Origin: Zancudomyces culisetae HAW-14-8
Lineage: Eukaryota; Fungi; Kickxellomycota
Assembly: GCA_052426225.1 (NCBI GenBank)
Contig: JBNJNM010000009.1
Location: 1-64,000 of the forward strand
DNA: 64,000 bases
Direction: 5' to 3'
Below the pieces are notes generated by a model. That model was not told the DNA's origin. It saw only the letters and a list, made by a program, of their open reading frames with translations, and did not search any database. Positions within the stretch are counted from its first letter, which is position 1. Every line of letters begins with the position of its first letter. Position numbers and translations under genes: made by a program. Shown here piece after piece: positions 58,010 to 64,000 of this stretch.

Positions 58010-58552
58010 GCTTCGCTATTCTAGATACAATTAGTTTATGAACTAGTCCTCAATATTAATCAGATGTGGTTATTGATTACCGTTTTAGTTGAGATATTTG
58101 ATATCATGAAGTCAGGTATATTTTTCTTCGATATAGAAAGTAAATATTTAGTGCTCTTTACATAGATGTGTAAATAATGGTTAACATTTGTTATAAATCT
58201 TTATAAATAAACTAACCAATTCAATGTGGTGTCGTCTGTCTAATAATCTGAATGCCAATCATTTGTGCTAGCTGTGTAGAATATTGGGTGTGACTCCATT
58301 ATATATTGACGCTCGCATAATAATATTAAGTTTCTGTTCTGTCGGGTGAGGTTGGGGACAGCCTCATCCTTTGACGGGTTCTTTAGTTGCAAAAATACAT
58401 GATCCATAATTCAGCAAATGGGACACGTGATATTTCGGGATCCACTTCCATAGAAGTGGCTCCCGAACGGTCACTATCAGATGAGTATCTGCCCTCATCT
58501 CTTTCTGACTGGATCCATCTGGGTCTAAATTTACTCATGAAGCCTGACATTC
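58010..58552 (-). mobile_element. Decayed mini-DIRS derivative (short ORF remnant joined to an ICR-like sequence)
   Basis: DEGRYSSDSDRSGATSMEVD on minus, followed by AAACTTAATATTATTATGCGA like the DIRS ICR. Confidence 0.55.
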
Positions 58553-59164
58553 TTTATGTGAGATTTTAATAGCTATTCTTGTTTTTTTTTAAACTTGTAT
58601 TTATGACTAGCCGTAGCACTAATCCTAATAAACTTGTGTTCACAATTACTATTTATTTATCTTAATATTCTATCTTCTTAAAACTGTTATAAGAGCTAAG
58701 AAATCTTTAATGAGTCTACTTTTGTTTATATATAGTATTTCAATAAAACAACTAATAGCTATATATAATTAACCTATGTTTCATTCTTGTTTTACTGTTT
58801 TTTTACTTTTAGTTATGTTCTTACATTCGTTATCATATTCAGTTTGTTTTTATCTCTGTGGTTGATTTTTACTAATAATCTTTTTAGTTGTATTTTTCAT
58901 ATTTCACTTTATAATTTTTATATTATTGTTTGAAGTTTTTGGAACGAATAAATAAATGTTTTTGTTTTTGTGATTACAATGTAAATATTTATAGTTATTG
59001 TTTATGTAGATAATAAAATATTATTTGAAATCATTGAATCCCGATCTACACCGGAACACACACGACAGACAAAAAAAATGAAATTTTTTATATATAGAAA
59101 ATGTTAATTTGTATTATTTCTAACACTAGCTATACCAGCAGTTGTACTAATCAGTTTCAGAAAA

Positions 59165-59703
59165 TCAACAGAACACTGATTTTTCTTTTGAGAAAGGTCC
59201 ATCCCACCCTAATCCACAATTGTTCCAATGACAGTATCTTTCATATGCAAGTGCATCCCATTTTTCGTCTACACAGATTTTGGTTCTCAAGCGTGTTTGC
59301 ATTCCGTTGCAGTCACTCACAGTATCGAGTTCAACACATCTCATATAGGTTCTGGCCAAAACTTTTACTGTAACACTAGCCTTGACCCAAGTACATATAG
59401 ATTCGCCTGTTCTCAGATTTGAATCAACATTAAAGCCAATATACTGACTGATTACACTATTAGGCAAATCGTGTCCTGAGTATTTTATTTGATTCTGTCA
59501 AAGTCCTTGTATGAGAATGACCAGTACTTGAACCAGTCTCCCGCATTCATAGGTATTTCACCGCTCAGATCTCTCCAATATGTATGTTCCGTACAAGGGT
59601 ATGCGTTGGTGACTGTAACCTTACATGCTAGGTCTTTCTGAAAATCTGAGGATGCTAGGCAGAATTGCAATAACGCAACCAAAATCAACAGCTTTTTAAA
59701 CAT
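59165..59703 (-). pseudogene. Secreted Cys-rich protein (~180 aa) with a frameshift near 59485
   Basis: Signal peptide MFKKLLILVALLQFCLA; second frame continues KYSGHDLPNSV...; no GT-AG intron at the break. Confidence 0.65.
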
Positions 59704-60972
59704 GATAGAATGAGTTTAGAGTCTATAATCAAAGATATTTTAAAATAGTTAAACGATCTATAACTTTTAACATCGGTAAAGGTTTCAATGTATTTTGGTT
59801 CTTTAATAAAGAAAAAGCTGGAACATTTATACAAACAAAGCAAACTATTAAGAATATAACAAGAATCATTTTACTATTATATACAATACTGAATAGAATA
59901 ATACATCGGATCAACATAGCTACTAATATTCTAAAGTAGTTATCAATCTATAAATAGACTCAAACAGTAAACCCTTGATAATATATTTTTACTATTAGTA
60001 ACACCTACGGGACCAAAATAACTACATGAACATAAAAATAAAGTTCATTGTGCTAGAGAGTTTCATAGTAGTTGCTTCGTGGTTTAATAATACATTATAC
60101 AAAATAGGCGTTTATTTTATTCTACATTACAAACACAATGGATAAGTGATATAAGTAGTGGCTAATCCTTGTCGGGAAAAATGGAAATAATGGCTAGTGG
60201 AATTGGAATGTTTACAGGACCGGGTAGTTTTGTCTATTTTACCTCTTTTCCAGGTGCACCCCCAATATTAGTTTATGTTTTTCCTTTTAAGAGAATATTA
60301 TAAATATCAATATTATTTTTAGAAATGACACTATTATCTAAATCAGAGTCTTTTTGAAAATACCGATACCATCAATGAGGTACTTTACTCTCGTTTTCAT
60401 TACTTTTTTTATTTCTTATTAAGGAAAGATATTTCAAACGAATTAGATACAAAATCTAATATCTATATTATTTACGTAGTATTAGGTAACAAAATAAATC
60501 AGTTAATCTACCAATGAAATAAGACTAAACGCAACAATCTTTGTCTTTTATTTGCTAGTACTATAACGCTGGTACCTATGTAAGTGTATTTAGAAAAATC
60601 CGATATACCATTTTTAGGTTAATAATAGTACAATTATTACTAACTGTTAATTATATCGTTTATTATTATAACCTAAATATACTAAAGTTAGAGCAAAGAA
60701 TACTCGTTTATATCGTTCTAAAATTAGAATCTTCTACTATCTCTTTAAAAATGACATAGGATATCCGTTAAATGTGTTTAAAGAGTAAAGCAGATTACAA
60801 ACAAGAAAAAGAAAAAGTATAAAATGAGTCAAGATATCACTGTCAAAAAAAAAATATCAACAGTTGAAAATACTTTAAGTACAATTTAAAGCATAATCAT
60901 AATCATCTGTATTAAAATATTGCATTAGCTCATCAGCTACACACAACGCTCATTTTAAACTAGATATCAAAA

Positions 60973-61389
60973 ATGGTAAAGTCAACACTCGCAATCCTCA
61001 CTGCTGCAGTTGCCACAGTATCAGTAAATGCTGCAGTTGCCCCAAGACCAAGAGCAAATGTCGGACCTATGCAACCACCAATGGAACAGGTCCAGGACTT
61101 TGGAAGATATGCTCCATCATCTCGCCCTGCCTTTAACAACCGCTTTGCCGCTCCAGCCTACCGCAAGCGTGCTGACGAGGAGGAGGAAGTTGCACCAGCT
61201 GACGACGATTCTGCTCAAACTGTTGATCCTTCAGCAGAAGGTGGTGATGCAGGAAATGGAACCGATGATCGTTGGTGGTATGGATACTATGGATACCCAT
61301 ACTATGGCGGATACTACGGATATCCATCGTATGGCTACGGTTACGGTTACGGTTACAGCTACCCATACTACGGTGGATACTACTACTAA
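60973..61389 (+). CDS. Secreted Gly/Tyr-rich protein with KR site and acidic spacer
   Basis: Signal peptide, YRKR-ADEEEE, C-terminus WWYGYYGYPYYGGYYG...GGYYY; TATA at ~60818. Confidence 0.88.
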   Translation: MVKSTLAILTAAVATVSVNAAVAPRPRANVGPMQPPMEQVQDFGRYAPSSRPAFNNRFAAPAYRKRADEEEEVAPADDDSAQTVDPSAEGGDAGNGTDDRWWYGYYGYPYYGGYYGYPSYGYGYGYGYSYPYYGGYYY

Positions 61390-61993
61390 CTTGCCATTCT
61401 TAAAACTTTATTAGTATTTGTATTTACTTTAACTAATTCTAACGGTCTTTATATATTATTTAAATAAATATATATAGAACTATATTGAGAAGCTACATAT
61501 ATTGCTGCATGAATCGAATACAAATTCTGAATTAGAACTTAAATAGCAATTAAATTACCAGTATCTAATTTATTCCGTTAACTAAATTAGTAATATTACA
61601 ATTGGTAAAGTACACGGTTTATTAAGATAATTGGCTTTGATCTACCTAAGGGAAAAAAGATACCCTCTTATATACTGCATTGTGAGTATGCTGTCTCTAG
61701 AGTTGCGGAAATAGACTTTTCATATTATGTTTTAAAAAATTATTTACCCACTATCTTTTTGGTATTTGTGTACTTGTTGTGACATTAAATTATACTATCA
61801 ACTAAAATATACGTAAATATTAAAAGTTATGGATCATTTTGGCCTAGTTTTAAAGTAGAATACTGTAATTTATTTATGCAAAGATTGGATACTTTAATTA
61901 ATCTCAGCACTCTAAGGCTAGAAAAATAATATTTTCATCAACTAAACTTGACTCTAAAGAAATATTTTATTTCTTATAAAGGGGTATTAAAGA

Positions 61994-62389
61994 TTACTCG
62001 TTGGGGGCAGTACCCATTGACACCCATTTAATTGAAAGTGGACCAGACTTGAGATCTTCTGGGAAATTCCACATACCAATTTGTAAAAACCTGGTATTTA
62101 CTGTACACACACCTCTGCAGTCGTTTTCTCTGCATACCAACATTCCTCCTGATCTATTCGTGGGATTAAGAAATTGCGCTGAGGTGCCCTGCTTAATGTT
62201 ATAACACTTGTGTTTTCTCATTTGGAAGTCGTTTATTACATCTCCTGAAAAGCGGTAGCCTGAGAATACTTTAACGTGTAAGGTTGGTCGAGAGTACCCA
62301 TGATGGCGATGACGGCAATGGCCTGATACTAGCAGGGTTTGAGTAGCTGACAGAAGCTGGATGGCCAATGTATAACTTGAAATGCGCAT
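61994..62389 (-). CDS. Small secreted Cys protein, beta/gamma-crystallin-like family, with His-rich N-terminus
   Basis: Signal peptide, HCRHRHH, KVFSGYRFSG...CYNI...VCxxxDCxGxC...SIKW. Confidence 0.85.
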   Translation of the reverse strand: MRISSYTLAIQLLSATQTLLVSGHCRHRHHGYSRPTLHVKVFSGYRFSGDVINDFQMRKHKCYNIKQGTSAQFLNPTNRSGGMLVCRENDCRGVCTVNTRFLQIGMWNFPEDLKSGPLSIKWVSMGTAPNE

Positions 62390-64000
62390 TTTTAGAGATT
62401 TTCTTTTTCAGTAATAAACTTTGTGGCTATTTTGGTCTAGTTTTATCTATTTTAGCTGAGTTTGCAGTTTCAAATTAGGGCTTTATCTATCACTATTTAT
62501 ACATTTTAAAGAACTAAACATTTGTAATTCTAGTAAAGTAATACTTTTAGTAGACTTGTCTTACAGTATATCTTATTTGTAATAGGTGTGCTGATCAAAA
62601 TCATGTAGATCAAATACTAGGCAAAATTATTATAGATCGTACAATATACTGTAAGTTCAAACTTCTAGGTATATTTTATTTAACAATTAAAATGATATAG
62701 ATTAATTATTAGCGAAAAAGTAAATAGACTATTGAAAAAGGAATATAAAAAAATAAAAATCTAGAAATAAAGTAGAAGAATAGTAAAATACTTCTTATCA
62801 CCTCCAGTGTCAGCAGAGTATCTCTACTAGAGTGCGATAAGTCGTAGTCTAGAAACAAAGTTTTAATTTATATTTTGAAATTTTGATTGGGTGTTTGGAA
62901 TAGATATTCCCAAATATTCCATCACTTTTCATATCTGAGCCATAATTTTAGTTTTAGGTAACTAAATAGTCTACTGGTTTATTTCAATATTAATACCAGC
63001 TAGACATGTCTGATAAAATAATGAACTAATAGATTCTAGATGTACGAAAATCAATTAATCTAGTTATAGTATAACGAAAACTTCTAGACAGGTTGAGCAG
63101 CACAAAGGTATCATCTTTAGATTTGCAATATATTAAAATTTTGCATCCGTATATCTCTTGGTATAATTTTTGAATATCGCCAATTTCTGACTAGAAGGAT
63201 AAGCTCTTGATATTATTTTAAAGCTTTCTAGAGTTAAAATGATGAACAGGAATGTTCTAGTACAAAGTAATAACTCCGTTTACAATATTGTTGTAGTTGA
63301 AAGTATATATACTTATAGAGTATAATTATAGTTTGTTTGAATATTAATTATAGTGGACAGGGCTTCTAGTGCATTTCAAGTAGATTCGATAAATATACTC
63401 TTACGAATAGTGTATTTGATTTGACAAAATTCAAACCGAAGCTAAAAATTGAGCTTTATTAGTGAACACTGATAAAAAATAAATGTTTTAAATACCTAAA
63501 ACTGTTTTGTATTAGCCAAGCTTAACTATAATTTGGTCAACCAAACCATTTAACACACCAACGCAACTAGAATGTTCTAGATATTTTTGACTAGAGATAA
63601 AATTTAATTAACGAAAATACCATATTATGTTACACTTTCAAATTCTACTTCTGTTTGTTTAGTGTATTTTTACATCGTCAAGTGAATATAGGTATGTTTT
63701 TATTGTTATACTATACCTAAATTTAAAAAAAAGTAGTGTAAATACTCTACTTTTCAGCTTATTGAAGAGATAGAATACATATTAAAGCGCAAGAAATACA
63801 AAATTTGGTTTAGATTTGGATTTTTAGTGAAACGACGCTAGCGCGAGTAAAATCATGTAGCCTACATAATAATTCAGATCTAGACAAGATAAATACGAAT
63901 TTATTAAATATTAAAGTTGAGTTTCTCTGATATCAATAATTTAATTTAGGTTTATTACTTTCTACTATTTGAGTGTGAGATCCACTATTTAATTAAAATT

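Overview
Left end of a eukaryotic chromosome. It is AT-rich, has TTAGGG-type telomeres and its genes appear intronless; an early-diverging fungus such as Harpellales/Zoopagomycota is my inference only. Bases 1-1.95 kb are a (CCCTAA)n telomere with a CCCTAT variant block. The 2-37 kb stretch is a nested stack of elements. A decayed, apparently endonuclease-less Penelope-like (Athena/Coprina-type) retroelement abuts the telomere. It hosts a dead tandem chromovirus A (LTR-int-LTR-int-LTR, which itself hosts intact chromovirus B), intact chromovirus C and an old solo LTR. Next is a Tc1 transposon split by chromovirus D, which has a solo copy of its own LTR at the gag/pol junction. From 37 to 64 kb there is one complete and one truncated DIRS element, DIRS-derived mini elements and a cluster of small secreted-protein genes: five beta/gamma-crystallin-like Cys proteins, a Gly/Tyr-rich protein and a frameshifted Cys-rich gene. 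Best novelty candidates: (1) the two intact chromoviruses each carry an antisense tRNA-derived Pol III-like unit between pol and the PPT, one with a long UUCG-capped structured RNA; (2) the telomere-capped Penelope-like element; (3) a chimeric secreted-protein gene made from the promoter and signal peptide of one neighbour and the mature domain of another. All alignments and folds were done by eye.
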